From an uncultured virus (IMG/VR IMGVR_UViG_3300043539_001111) (Duplodnaviria; Heunggongvirae; Uroviricota; Caudoviricetes), in the IMG/VR virus record IMGVR_UViG_3300043539_001111, positions 54,465 to 74,464 of that record: a DNA stretch of 20,000 nucleotides, one strand, 5' to 3'. The notes beneath the pieces are model-generated. The model saw nothing but the letters and a program-made list of their open reading frames with translations, was not told the DNA's origin and did not search any database. Numbering within the stretch: the stretch's first letter is position 1; each line of letters starts with the position of its first letter. The translations under genes and the position numbers were made by a program. Positions 7,208-16,424 of this stretch are shown piece after piece.

Positions 7208-8338
7208 ATGAAAAATTTATTTGAAATTTCAAGTGAAGAAAAAAATAGAATTTTAGGACTTCATGAAAGTGCTACTAAAAAACTTTATTTAATTAAAGAA
7301 GATATTACAGAACCTATAAAATTTAATATTTCAAATTCGTTTCCTAGTGGTGAATATGAGTTAAATAATACTACTGAAATTGATAATGCAATAAAACAAA
7401 TTAATGATTATTTAAAATCCGGTAAAGGTTCATTTAACACTATCGTGATTAATTCATCAGAATCGAAAGTTCCAAATGAAGGTGTAGGGTTAAACTCAGG
7501 AGATTTATCCAAATTAAGAGCTTCGGAAGTTGAAAAATATATAAAATCAAAATTAGGTGATAAAATATCTATTAAAATTAATAATTTAGGAGCTCAAGGT
7601 CCTGAGTGGGATGAAACCAAAGGTTCTAAACACCCTGACTATACAAAATATCAATATGTAACTTTAAATTTATCCGCAGAAAAATCTACTGAGAAGTGTA
7701 ACTTTAACATTGACTATGAAGGAGTTCAAGGTTCTAAATCGAATAATTATATTGCAATTTTACCTTCAAAATATCAAAATGACTTAAATGATAAAGGTAA
7801 ATTGAGTTTTGATACGGGAACAATGCCTGATAGATTAATTGTTACTGATACTCAAAAACAAATAACATTAGACACCGGATATGTATCTACAGAATTATAT
7901 TTGGATGATATAATAAATTATATACCTGCGTGGGTTGATAGTTTAACTAAAATATATAACCAAAAATCCCCTGCAGTTAGTGGTAGTAAAATAATTACTA
8001 AAAATGTTTCATCAATAGATGAATTAGTTTCATTGATTTTTAAAAACGAAAAATTAAAAAATATTTCATTAGATTTAATTAACAAAAATGATTTGAAAAA
8101 ATTAAAGTCAATATTACAAGCTAATACAGGTACTGGTGAAGTTTCTTTAGGATTCGTTAATTTATTAGAGCAATATAATAATGGTGTTAGAGAGTTCGTA
8201 CTTTATGAAAAAAGAACTACACCATATGAATTAGTATATGATACTAGTAAAGGTAATAATTTATTTTTTGTTTATGCACCTATTGGGGGTCCTGGAATGG
8301 GGTCAACAGGATTTAAAATAGAGGGAGGTTGTATTTAA
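7208..8338 (+). CDS. Protein with degenerate OmpA-like domain; candidate head-associated protein
   Basis: Start moved to 7208 because the 7136 start spans the terminator. F-SG-Y-L...IVINSSES...LSKLRASEVEKYIKSKLG...LGAQGP...QYVTL follows the OmpA C-terminal layout. Confidence 0.65.
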   Translation: MKNLFEISSEEKNRILGLHESATKKLYLIKEDITEPIKFNISNSFPSGEYELNNTTEIDNAIKQINDYLKSGKGSFNTIVINSSESKVPNEGVGLNSGDLSKLRASEVEKYIKSKLGDKISIKINNLGAQGPEWDETKGSKHPDYTKYQYVTLNLSAEKSTEKCNFNIDYEGVQGSKSNNYIAILPSKYQNDLNDKGKLSFDTGTMPDRLIVTDTQKQITLDTGYVSTELYLDDIINYIPAWVDSLTKIYNQKSPAVSGSKIITKNVSSIDELVSLIFKNEKLKNISLDLINKNDLKKLKSILQANTGTGEVSLGFVNLLEQYNNGVREFVLYEKRTTPYELVYDTSKGNNLFFVYAPIGGPGMGSTGFKIEGGCI

Positions 8339-8350
8339 TCACCCTTTTTT
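8322..8350. terminator. Possible weak terminator between convergent genes
   Basis: AGGG-a-GGTT...AATC-a-CCCT followed by a T run. Confidence 0.4.
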
Positions 8351-8603
8351 AATTAATTTTAATTCTTTTAGTTTCTTTATCGTGGACATTTCCTGATTTG
8401 TCTTCATAAACAATTCCTTCAACATAAACATCGTTATGGGTTATTTTATATGAGCCAATAACTTTTACTTTATAAACTTTAGATAAGGAGTCCATTTTTT
8501 GAGTAACGGTTTGGTCTATTTTTTTGGTTGAAACTTTTTTCTTTTCTTGAGAAAACGACAAACCACTAACTAATAATAACAAGATAATTAATAATTTTTT
8601 CAT
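8349..8603 (-). CDS. Small secreted protein with Sec/SPI signal peptide
   Basis: MKKLLIILLLLVSGLSFS|QEKK: basic n-region, hydrophobic h-region, S-x-S cleavage site, +1 Gln. Confidence 0.85.
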   Translation of the reverse strand: MKKLLIILLLLVSGLSFSQEKKKVSTKKIDQTVTQKMDSLSKVYKVKVIGSYKITHNDVYVEGIVYEDKSGNVHDKETKRIKIN

Positions 8604-8606
8604 AAT

Positions 8607-8650
8607 ATAAATATTTTTTACAAATGTAATTATTATTTTTTACTCTACAA
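8607..8650 (-). promoter_or_regulatory. Host-type promoter plus ATATTTAT motif
   Basis: Minus strand: TTG (8650-8648), 19-nt spacer, TACATTTG (8628-8621); ATATTTAT at 8614-8607. Confidence 0.6.
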
Positions 8651-8870
8651 CATTTTTTTCAACTTTATTTAAAGTTCTAATTGATTTTGAGATGATTTCA
8701 GATTCCCCCAATGAAAATATCCCTGAATGAAATGCAAAACTAACTGCTTGTGTTAGGATATAGATTGATTGTTCTTTATCCATTGTTGATAGTAGGACAT
8801 CTAAATGGTCTTCGTTGTACAATGGGATTGTATTAAATAATTTTCCGAATAGTTCTTGTTGTTGTTCCAT
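8640..8870 (-). CDS. Hypothetical protein
   Basis: 76-aa ORF with AT-rich leader and protein-like composition; no overlap with the neighbour once that start is corrected to 8899. Confidence 0.75.
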   Translation of the reverse strand: MEQQQELFGKLFNTIPLYNEDHLDVLLSTMDKEQSIYILTQAVSFAFHSGIFSLGESEIISKSIRTLNKVEKNVVE

Positions 8871-8884
8871 AATTAAAATTTTGT

Positions 8885-8892
8885 ATATTTAT
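8885..8892 (+). promoter_or_regulatory. ATATTTAT putative late promoter
   Basis: 6 nt before ATG 8899. Confidence 0.55.
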
Positions 8893-8898
8893 AAGTAT

Positions 8899-9600
8899 AT
8901 GAATAAAAATAACAAAAATCAAATTAAAGAGGCAACCGGTCATCGTGGCTCGGGACAAGTAAGAGTTCCTTTGAGCCCGGGAGTTAGATTGTTCAATAAA
9001 GAGCAACTACAACCATTTACTGTACCTACATCAAAATATGATAGTGCTGAATTAGCGTTTGATAGTTATGATGGTGAGATGAGTACTCCAAAATCTAAAA
9101 TATCTAAAATAGAGAAAGAATCAAGAAAAATTGCCAAATACGTAAAAAAACATCCGGAGCAGAATGATGAAGAAGGTGGGGTATTAAATCAAACTCCTGG
9201 TAAAGGTAAGAAAATTGTTCCTATTGATGAAAATACAACGACCGTTAGTGCCGGAGAATACAATGGTCCTATTGAATTAGGTTTGAGAAAATGGATTAAA
9301 TCTGAATTAGACCCATTTGTAAATACCCTTGAATCTGAATTTAATAATAAGAGTAAAAGTAAAACATTAAAAGGTAATAGAGACACCGTTGTTGGTATGT
9401 GGGAAAAAGGTGTGGATGGTACATACCACATTGATACATACGATGTAAATACGGTTAATGAATGGGTTGAGATAACCAAAGACACCCTTATAGAAGATGT
9501 TGTCCCAAATGGACTAAAAACCCCTTCAAAAAATGAATCATTAAGAAATATAATTAAAAAGGTATTAAAAGAAGAATTTAAAAAACCCCTTACTCGATAG
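8899..9600 (+). CDS. Hypothetical protein, candidate head-internal protein
   Basis: Start moved to MNKNNK at 8899. Contains IKE|AT and IDE|NT sites and a C-terminal amphipathic helix ESLRNIIKKVLKEE. Confidence 0.75.
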   Translation: MNKNNKNQIKEATGHRGSGQVRVPLSPGVRLFNKEQLQPFTVPTSKYDSAELAFDSYDGEMSTPKSKISKIEKESRKIAKYVKKHPEQNDEEGGVLNQTPGKGKKIVPIDENTTTVSAGEYNGPIELGLRKWIKSELDPFVNTLESEFNNKSKSKTLKGNRDTVVGMWEKGVDGTYHIDTYDVNTVNEWVEITKDTLIEDVVPNGLKTPSKNESLRNIIKKVLKEEFKKPLTR

Positions 9601-9611
9601 TAGGGGTTTTT
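9581..9611. terminator. Bidirectional terminator overlapping two convergent stop codons
   Basis: AAAAACCCCT-t-ACT-cgat-AGT-AGGGGTTTTT. Confidence 0.85.
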
Positions 9612-10033
9612 GATTTAAGTAAGATTTTATTCTTTAACTTTGATAATGAATGTTCTACTTGAGATTTCATTTGTTCAATTCTTCTCATACGATTTTCTTG
9701 AACTCTATTATCGAACATTCTAACCATTTTATTCCAATCTCTATCGGTCATGGAAATATTACTATAATAACAAACGTGATTAATGATTGTTATTTTTTTA
9801 TCATCTAATACTACAAACACTCCCAATTTTTTATTTTCGATAATTCTATGTGAAGATAGTGGAGCAATTTCATAGATAGAACTTGGATGTTTTAATGTAT
9901 TACGAAAAATAAACATACAATCGTTCATGTCTGCTAACTTACCCGCGTCAACAACATCATAAATTATTTGGAACTGCAATAATTTTTTTCTAACTGCTCT
10001 ACGTTTTAATTTTCGTTTTATGTATTTTATCAT
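9590..10033 (-). CDS. Hypothetical basic protein
   Basis: Start moved to ATG 10033 (MIKYIKRK) because the 10063 start lies within the promoter. Confidence 0.75.
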   Translation of the reverse strand: MIKYIKRKLKRRAVRKKLLQFQIIYDVVDAGKLADMNDCMFIFRNTLKHPSSIYEIAPLSSHRIIENKKLGVFVVLDDKKITIINHVCYYSNISMTDRDWNKMVRMFDNRVQENRMRRIEQMKSQVEHSLSKLKNKILLKSKTPTIE

Positions 10034-10052
10034 CTTAATAATTTTAACACGA

Positions 10053-10083
10053 CAAAGATACACAAATTTTTTAAATAACCAAA
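10053..10083 (-). promoter_or_regulatory. Consensus Bacteroidota housekeeping-sigma promoter
   Basis: Minus strand: TTTG (10083-10080), 19-nt spacer, TATCTTTG (10060-10053); exact match to TTTG-N19-21-TAnnTTTG. Confidence 0.8.
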
Positions 10084-10106
10084 AATAATAAGAAATATTA
10101 TTTATA

Positions 10107-10140
10107 AAATAAAACCCCCAATTAATGGGGGTTTTTTATT
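10107..10140 (-). terminator. Intrinsic terminator ending the - strand block
   Basis: AAAACCCCCA-attaa-TGGGGGTTTT flanked by A/T runs, next to the stop at 10142. Confidence 0.9.
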
Positions 10141-10141
10141 T

Positions 10142-10819
10142 TTAACAATATGGTGATGAACACCTCTTTTGACCGTCTAACCCTGCTTTAGTTCCTTTAC
10201 AAACTTGAACCGCAAAGCCGTTTGAATAAGCTGAAGGATAAACTTTAAATTTTGATTTAGCAGCCGCTTTACCACGAGCACATAATTTAGTACCGGGTTT
10301 CTTTTTACCTTCAGAAACTACCTCATCATTACTTTGACTTTTTGCTTTATCAAGATAATCATAAACCTTGTCTCCGTACATTTGATAGATTTTCTTAATG
10401 AATTGAGCAGGACTCTTTCTTATATATCTAATAACATCGTTAGGAATATACTGTCCATATTTATCACCAAATAAGGACTTTACTTGACGTTCTCTGTCAC
10501 TTGTAGGTCTTTCAGTGTCTGAAGAATAATCTTGTTCTAAAACAGTTATATTGTCTTCATTTTTAGTTTCATTCATCATAAAATCAAAAACTTGGTCAAG
10601 GCTTTCTTTTGCGGTTGATACGTGGTCTTGAGCCCAATCGTGTCCACCATCTAAAATACCTTCAACAGTGTTTTTATTTAATTCTAATAATAAACCTGTT
10701 TGTCTATGAATTTGTTCTAAATTACTAAAAAACATATATCTTTCACTATCTTGTTCAGACATAATTCGTTTAACTAATTCAGTTAATTTAGATTCTGATA
10801 ATTTAACTACTCTTTTCAT
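10142..10819 (-). CDS. Modular hypothetical protein with C-terminal basic Cys/PSAY module
   Basis: N-terminal KLSESKLTELVKRIMSE helix; C-terminal KLCARGKAAAKSKFKVYPSAYSNGFAVQVCKG. Confidence 0.8.
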   Translation of the reverse strand: MKRVVKLSESKLTELVKRIMSEQDSERYMFFSNLEQIHRQTGLLLELNKNTVEGILDGGHDWAQDHVSTAKESLDQVFDFMMNETKNEDNITVLEQDYSSDTERPTSDRERQVKSLFGDKYGQYIPNDVIRYIRKSPAQFIKKIYQMYGDKVYDYLDKAKSQSNDEVVSEGKKKPGTKLCARGKAAAKSKFKVYPSAYSNGFAVQVCKGTKAGLDGQKRCSSPYC

Positions 10820-10823
10820 ATTA

Positions 10824-11201
10824 TTATGAGTTTAATCCATTACCACCAATTGTGATTGCGTTTAATTGTACGATAGCTTGATTTTGTCCATTAGTATAAA
10901 CAGGGTGTGGTGGGACAATAGTAAATGTTCCTCCACTACAATTATCTTGACAAACTAATCCACCATTACCACCATCATTAGCTATAGTTGGTTCAGCACA
11001 TTCGTCACAGGTGTCAAATGGCCCCGCAATTATCATTGAATTTGCGTAAAATCCAACAGTATCTCCTGAAGTTAACGATACACATTGTCCGGTAGGTAAT
11101 TGATAAATTTTACTTTCGTCAAATTCTACATCACCCGGTAAAATAATTAATTGTGATATTCCTTCACAAGTTGTTGCGGTTACATTAACATTATATCCCA
11201 T
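10824..11201 (-). CDS. Small Cys/Gly/Thr-rich putative virion protein
   Basis: 125 aa, 6 Cys including CDEC, beta-strand-like composition; ATATTTAT upstream. Confidence 0.7.
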   Translation of the reverse strand: MGYNVNVTATTCEGISQLIILPGDVEFDESKIYQLPTGQCVSLTSGDTVGFYANSMIIAGPFDTCDECAEPTIANDGGNGGLVCQDNCSGGTFTIVPPHPVYTNGQNQAIVQLNAITIGGNGLNS

Positions 11202-11215
11202 AATTTTTTTTATTT

Positions 11216-11223
11216 ATAAATAT
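11216..11223 (-). promoter_or_regulatory. ATATTTAT putative late promoter
   Basis: 14 nt before ATG 11201. Confidence 0.6.
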
Positions 11224-11224
11224 C

Positions 11225-12703
11225 TTATAATTGTAAATATTTTGTATTTACCACTTGAAATTTAATTTGTCGTTTATATGTGTTTATTTCACCGCTACTA
11301 ATTACTTGTATATCAATGAAATATTCATTTGGTATTTTGTCTCTACTATCAAATATAAAATAGTATTCGTTAGGTGTTCTATTAATTTTTGTCCACCCTT
11401 GAACTTGTACTTCAGTTGTCCCCTCTTTAACATAAATTCTATATGACGCATCCACGTTTAATAATAAATTTTGGGTTGTATAAGCTTGTTTAATAATTAC
11501 ACCTACTTTACGAGTATCCGTATTTACAATTTGTTCATCTTGTTTTAATCCGTAAAAATCAAATCCGTATAATAATGGGTTTGCGGATACAACACCAATT
11601 TGAATTGCATTTTTAAATGGTTGTAATGTAAAATCATTTAATACCTGTGGAAGTGGAAAGTTGTTATAACTTAAGTTGTACCATCTATCTGAAAATGTAC
11701 AAGGAGTTTGATATCCCATAAGAGGTGGGATAACAACCTCATAAACACCTCTAGTTCTTTGACACGTTGTTAATCCGGATAATCCCGGAATAACATCACC
11801 CATCATATCTAATATATCAACATTTGGGGGGTAATCTAAATTTATTGGGTTACCATTATCAAATAGGTATAAATATAATTTGTTAACTTTACCTAAAGTA
11901 AATTGATTTCTATCGTCTTCAATTAAATCATTGTAACTTGTTTCAAGATATGGTTCGTAGAATGTTTGAGTATGACGAGTAAAAAATTGAACTTCATAGT
12001 TATCGGTAAGACCTGTAAGATTTTCAACTTGAGGTTTATATGCAATTCCCCACCCTGATACATTTGGTATTGAACCATTTAATACACCATTAATTTCTGC
12101 CGTCATATCGAAAGCAATATTTTCGTTACCAAATTCAAAATGTTGTGTATCCACAATGGTAATTCCACTAAAAGGAACAGGACCTAAATTTTTATTATTA
12201 TAAATTCCCTGTTGTTGCCAAACACCAATAGTTGTTGTTTGATACCAATTTGATGGTCTATTTGAAAAGTTTTTATCTGATTCACTATATTGATAAATTA
12301 AATCCGCAAAATCATACCCAACACCTTCATCCCAAAGTTGAGGTGTTGACGGATTATTATTTAAATAAGGGATTCTAAATAAGATTAAATCAAATGAAGT
12401 GGCTCTCATTCTCATTTGAGACGTGAGTGTGTTTAATAGTTCGGCATCAAAAGTAGACGTATTTGTCATTCTTAAAGTATGCGTCATATTATCTGTACAC
12501 CCTGTAGTTATAGTTCCGTTAAAAATTAGTTGTTTTAATAAAGTTAAATCTAAATCAAAAATAAAACGGCTATAGTTATTTGGGTATTGAGTTGTGGCAA
12601 CATTACCATAAAATAGTTCCATTACAGGGTTTCTACCTGTATTGGTAAAGCTATTTGATATAAGGGTATTGTTCTTGCTGAAATATGAATTAATTATTGA
12701 CAT
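11225..12703 (-). CDS. Putative virion structural protein, DNRLRE-like N-terminal domain plus beta-rich C-terminal domains
   Basis: NTG...SRFIFDLD...WDEG...SNW...FDMT...FFTRHT...PYLE resembles the DNRLRE pattern; adjacent to the spike gene. Confidence 0.6.
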   Translation of the reverse strand: MSIINSYFSKNNTLISNSFTNTGRNPVMELFYGNVATTQYPNNYSRFIFDLDLTLLKQLIFNGTITTGCTDNMTHTLRMTNTSTFDAELLNTLTSQMRMRATSFDLILFRIPYLNNNPSTPQLWDEGVGYDFADLIYQYSESDKNFSNRPSNWYQTTTIGVWQQQGIYNNKNLGPVPFSGITIVDTQHFEFGNENIAFDMTAEINGVLNGSIPNVSGWGIAYKPQVENLTGLTDNYEVQFFTRHTQTFYEPYLETSYNDLIEDDRNQFTLGKVNKLYLYLFDNGNPINLDYPPNVDILDMMGDVIPGLSGLTTCQRTRGVYEVVIPPLMGYQTPCTFSDRWYNLSYNNFPLPQVLNDFTLQPFKNAIQIGVVSANPLLYGFDFYGLKQDEQIVNTDTRKVGVIIKQAYTTQNLLLNVDASYRIYVKEGTTEVQVQGWTKINRTPNEYYFIFDSRDKIPNEYFIDIQVISSGEINTYKRQIKFQVVNTKYLQL

Positions 12704-12718
12704 GAATATGTTTTACAT

Positions 12719-12726
12719 ATAAATAT
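12719..12726 (-). promoter_or_regulatory. ATATTTAT putative late promoter
   Basis: 15 nt before ATG 12703; overlaps the spike gene TGA. Confidence 0.65.
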
Positions 12727-14291
12727 CAATTAATTCTAATATTTTGATTTAAGATGGTATTTTCTGCATCTGCAAGGATTGCATTGATTTCTGCGGTTGT
12801 TTGTCCGTTACCCGCTGCGACCGGAACAGGTGCCATTGTGGCCACCGGATGAACGTGTCCTGTAACAAATGAAAATATTTTTCTAAGTAACGCCATTAAT
12901 TCATCTCCTCTAACAACAGGGTATGTTTGATTAAGAATACTATTTTCATCTCCAATAAATTTATCTTGAGGTATTCCATATAAAGTTTGACTTAAACTAA
13001 TTTTTCCTTTAGGCCCTGCGGAATCTTGTGATAAGAAATACATACGTTGAGACCCCATAATACTATAAGTAATATCTGAAGGAATAAACTCTGTTGGTAT
13101 AACTATTTCTTCTTTTAAATCGGCTTGTGGACCAAGAATTGGTTTACCTGATTTGTTTTCCCAAACTAAAAACCATCCTTTGTATTTTTTACTTGCAGGG
13201 TCTAATGTTATTTTATCAGAAAATCTTACATAATTAACATATTCCGCAACTTCACTAACAAGGTCGTTAGGTGAAAATTTATTACCGGTTGTATATGTTA
13301 ATTTTGAAGGGGTAACGACTAATGGGAATGTTACGTTTGGCGCAAAATTTTGGGGGTTATTAACAGTATAACCTGATATATTTATAAAACCACTAAACAC
13401 ACCTTGTACAAAGTTATTAATTATACTAGATGCTTCATCAAATGTTTTTTGATTAAATTTAATTTCCTCTAATGGTGACCCATAATTTGTTCCAACGGAC
13501 AACTGTGTAATAGTATCTGATTTAAAATTTGCACTATTTACACTAACACTTGGAACCACATTATATAAACCAACAGAACCATTAAACGCTCCTTGAAGAT
13601 TTTCTAAATTATCAATGTTCCATATAATCATTTTTTTAACAACTTTTACCTGTTCAACTAATCTTGTTACACCTTCAGGGTCTTTAGTTATTTTTTGTTG
13701 TGTAAAATTAGATAATTGAAGAAACGCTCTATTAACATTACCTAAAGGTAGTTGGTCTTTTACTAATCGTTTAGTTTTACCGGCTCTTATTAATACTTCA
13801 TTTTCTTTAACAACCACATCAGCAGTTCCTCTACCTAACAACGCATTGTCACCTGGTTCAGGAAATACTCCTACACTACCTTGATTTCTATAAGCACCTA
13901 CTTGGTTTTTAATTGAGATACCTTGAGCAATTCTATCACCTGATGCTAAGAATTTTTTAGCCCCTTGATAATTCTCAAATGGACTTATCATTGGAGATGA
14001 AAAAGGCCCTTGAACATAAAATTGATTAGTAAATGGGAAATCTTTATTAGAATAAATTATATGAACATATTCATCTTTAAGAGGTACTTGACTAACGTAA
14101 AAAGGTAATAATGATAAACAAATTAAAGGGTCTCTTGATGTCCACGGGTCAGTTTCTTCATTCCAATCTGGAATTGACGCAATAATATCTTGATAATTTT
14201 TAGTTTCAGGTATAACACGAAGTCTCCCTAACATCATAGGGTCTTGATTGTTAAGTACTATTCCGGGAAAAATTATTTGATTATTGACCAT
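12726..14291 (-). CDS. Baseplate central spike (gp5/gpV-like OB-fold, HxH apex)
   Basis: N-terminal [17 protein letters not shown]...VP matches the gp5/gpV OB-fold motif; C-terminal VVRGDEL...GHVHP. Confidence 0.8.
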   Translation of the reverse strand: MVNNQIIFPGIVLNNQDPMMLGRLRVIPETKNYQDIIASIPDWNEETDPWTSRDPLICLSLLPFYVSQVPLKDEYVHIIYSNKDFPFTNQFYVQGPFSSPMISPFENYQGAKKFLASGDRIAQGISIKNQVGAYRNQGSVGVFPEPGDNALLGRGTADVVVKENEVLIRAGKTKRLVKDQLPLGNVNRAFLQLSNFTQQKITKDPEGVTRLVEQVKVVKKMIIWNIDNLENLQGAFNGSVGLYNVVPSVSVNSANFKSDTITQLSVGTNYGSPLEEIKFNQKTFDEASSIINNFVQGVFSGFINISGYTVNNPQNFAPNVTFPLVVTPSKLTYTTGNKFSPNDLVSEVAEYVNYVRFSDKITLDPASKKYKGWFLVWENKSGKPILGPQADLKEEIVIPTEFIPSDITYSIMGSQRMYFLSQDSAGPKGKISLSQTLYGIPQDKFIGDENSILNQTYPVVRGDELMALLRKIFSFVTGHVHPVATMAPVPVAAGNGQTTAEINAILADAENTILNQNIRIN

Positions 14292-14502
14292 TTTTCTTTG
14301 TTCTTGACTGATACTCTTTTAATATTGTATTATAAGTTAATTCTAATTTATCTAAATGATGTGTTAAATTTATTAATGATTCTTTAGTTAACTTAAAATC
14401 TTCTTGAATAAAATCCATAGCAAACGATAAATCTTTGTTTGATGAATTTTTATAATCTTTAATTATATTTTTTGTTTTTTCGGATTTCTCAATATTATTC
14501 AT
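14281..14502 (-). CDS. Small coiled-coil hypothetical protein
   Basis: 73 aa, tightly packed in the operon, heptad-like Leu spacing. Confidence 0.75.
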   Translation of the reverse strand: MNNIEKSEKTKNIIKDYKNSSNKDLSFAMDFIQEDFKLTKESLINLTHHLDKLELTYNTILKEYQSRTKKNGQ

Positions 14503-14504
14503 AA

Positions 14505-16418
14505 TTATAATTTTTTACCAAAAGCACTCGAAGGTACTGTTAAACCGGCTGGAGTTATAGTTAATGGGCCGATAGCAAGTTGAACTTTATTATTATCGGA
14601 ATCTTCTCTTGCCATAGCCTTCATTTGTCCAAATTTACCTAAAATATCTAAATTAGGACTACCATCAGGTAATGCTCCCGTTGGGATACCGCTTTTTTGG
14701 AATTCTTCAATAGCCCCAACAAAAGCTCTTGATTCGGAATACCCGTCTAATAGTTGTGACGCGAATAATAATGGTAAAGGGATTTGACTACCAAAACCTA
14801 AACTACTTGTTATTAAATCTAATAGGGCCAGTAATTCATCAACGACACTTTTACACTTCCTCCAATCACTTATAAAAGAAGCAACAATTAACAATAACTG
14901 AATAAGTTTTAAAATCATTGAAATTCTTTTATCAATTTTTTCTTTAACAATATCACTTATAACTCTTTGAATTAATAATAAAATATCTCTTTTAATTAAT
15001 TCAAATAATTCTTGAACAAATAATGCACCTATTTTAGAAATAAAATTTATTGCGAATTTTTTAAATTGTTTTACAAAATCAACAAATCCTTTTATTGCGT
15101 CGGTTGTTTCTTGACCTATAGCTTTTAACATTACGTATATTGGTAGTAATATTTTAGGTGTTAAAAATGCTCCCGCAATACCTTGAGCGATTAATTTAAT
15201 AAAATTAAAATTTAGGGCCGCTTGAGCATTGGTTTGAATACCCGCACCCCATTGAGGGTTATCTGCTAATACTTGAGTTAAATTATCCGCAGCGTTTATA
15301 AAGTCACTATTATTATCAATTAAATTTAAATTATTAATTTGAGCGATAACTGCCGGATAATCAACAGGTAATAATATATTATCACACTCTTCTAATTCTA
15401 TTACTTTATTTTTAATATTAGTTACTCTTTGGTCTATTTTTCTTAAATCAATATCAGTAAATTCAAAAAACGTTTCGTCAACACCATCAAGTTCAGGTAC
15501 TTTAGCAATACCGCTAACATCAATTTCACTTCTATTATCAAAACATAATCCAAGAATTCGTTGAATTAATATATCAAATTTACTTTGGTCTTCAACTTGA
15601 CCTACACCGGCACCAACACTCATTGATACTGCACCACTTAACGATTCCATTATTGACGCTATCATATTGGTTGGTTCGGTAATTTTAATTGTTTTATAAT
15701 AATCAACTAGAAATGTCCCAACTTTATTAACACCATTAACTCTATCTGATAATGTAACTTTAAACCAAGGACCGGTTTCATTGTTTGCGTTTAAATTAAC
15801 GTATTGGATATCAAATAAATCTTGACCTGATTGACCTATGTAATTTTGACCATTATCCACAGAATATGGTTGACCCGTTTGAATCAATTGATATAATTCT
15901 TTATTCATTGAAAATGGATAATTCTGAACTAATATTGGGTCTTTTTCATATAAAGGTTTACCTTCAGTTTTCGGGTCTAAAGTTAAAATATTTAATAAAT
16001 CAACTGATTTTACTTTAATATAATATGTAGAACTACCATTATATTCTTGTTGTTGGTCACAACCAACCGCGTTTATTGATTCTTCTAAAGCTATTTGAGA
16101 AAGTTTAGGTTCAATATTTTTAAGAGCGGTGATTAATAATCTTTTAATATAACTTGGAGAACCGCTCCCTTTTCCTCCGGTAGTGTTTGCTAAATCTAAA
16201 AGTTGTTCAAATTGATTTTTTATTTCTTTTTGATAACGTTTAGTTTGTTCCTTGATTTTACCAAGTTGACCTGTAACAGCGGCTTTTTTCTGTTCAAAAG
16301 CTTCACCGGCTTGTTTTCTAGTATCATCATATTGAGTTTTTAACTCATTATAATTTCTGGTAGCAGTAACCTTGTCTTGTATTTTTTTATAATCAACACC
16401 TAAATCTAATGACGCCAT
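14505..16418 (-). CDS. Large hypothetical protein with hydrophobic C-terminal helices
   Basis: 637-aa ORF in the spike operon; no family recognised. Confidence 0.8.
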   Translation of the reverse strand: MASLDLGVDYKKIQDKVTATRNYNELKTQYDDTRKQAGEAFEQKKAAVTGQLGKIKEQTKRYQKEIKNQFEQLLDLANTTGGKGSGSPSYIKRLLITALKNIEPKLSQIALEESINAVGCDQQQEYNGSSTYYIKVKSVDLLNILTLDPKTEGKPLYEKDPILVQNYPFSMNKELYQLIQTGQPYSVDNGQNYIGQSGQDLFDIQYVNLNANNETGPWFKVTLSDRVNGVNKVGTFLVDYYKTIKITEPTNMIASIMESLSGAVSMSVGAGVGQVEDQSKFDILIQRILGLCFDNRSEIDVSGIAKVPELDGVDETFFEFTDIDLRKIDQRVTNIKNKVIELEECDNILLPVDYPAVIAQINNLNLIDNNSDFINAADNLTQVLADNPQWGAGIQTNAQAALNFNFIKLIAQGIAGAFLTPKILLPIYVMLKAIGQETTDAIKGFVDFVKQFKKFAINFISKIGALFVQELFELIKRDILLLIQRVISDIVKEKIDKRISMILKLIQLLLIVASFISDWRKCKSVVDELLALLDLITSSLGFGSQIPLPLLFASQLLDGYSESRAFVGAIEEFQKSGIPTGALPDGSPNLDILGKFGQMKAMAREDSDNNKVQLAIGPLTITPAGLTVPSSAFGKKL

Positions 16419-16424
16419 AACAAA

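Noticed and set aside
8815..8898. N-terminal extension containing CCC
   Set aside because: Overlaps the divergent gene; ATG 8899 follows the promoter motif.
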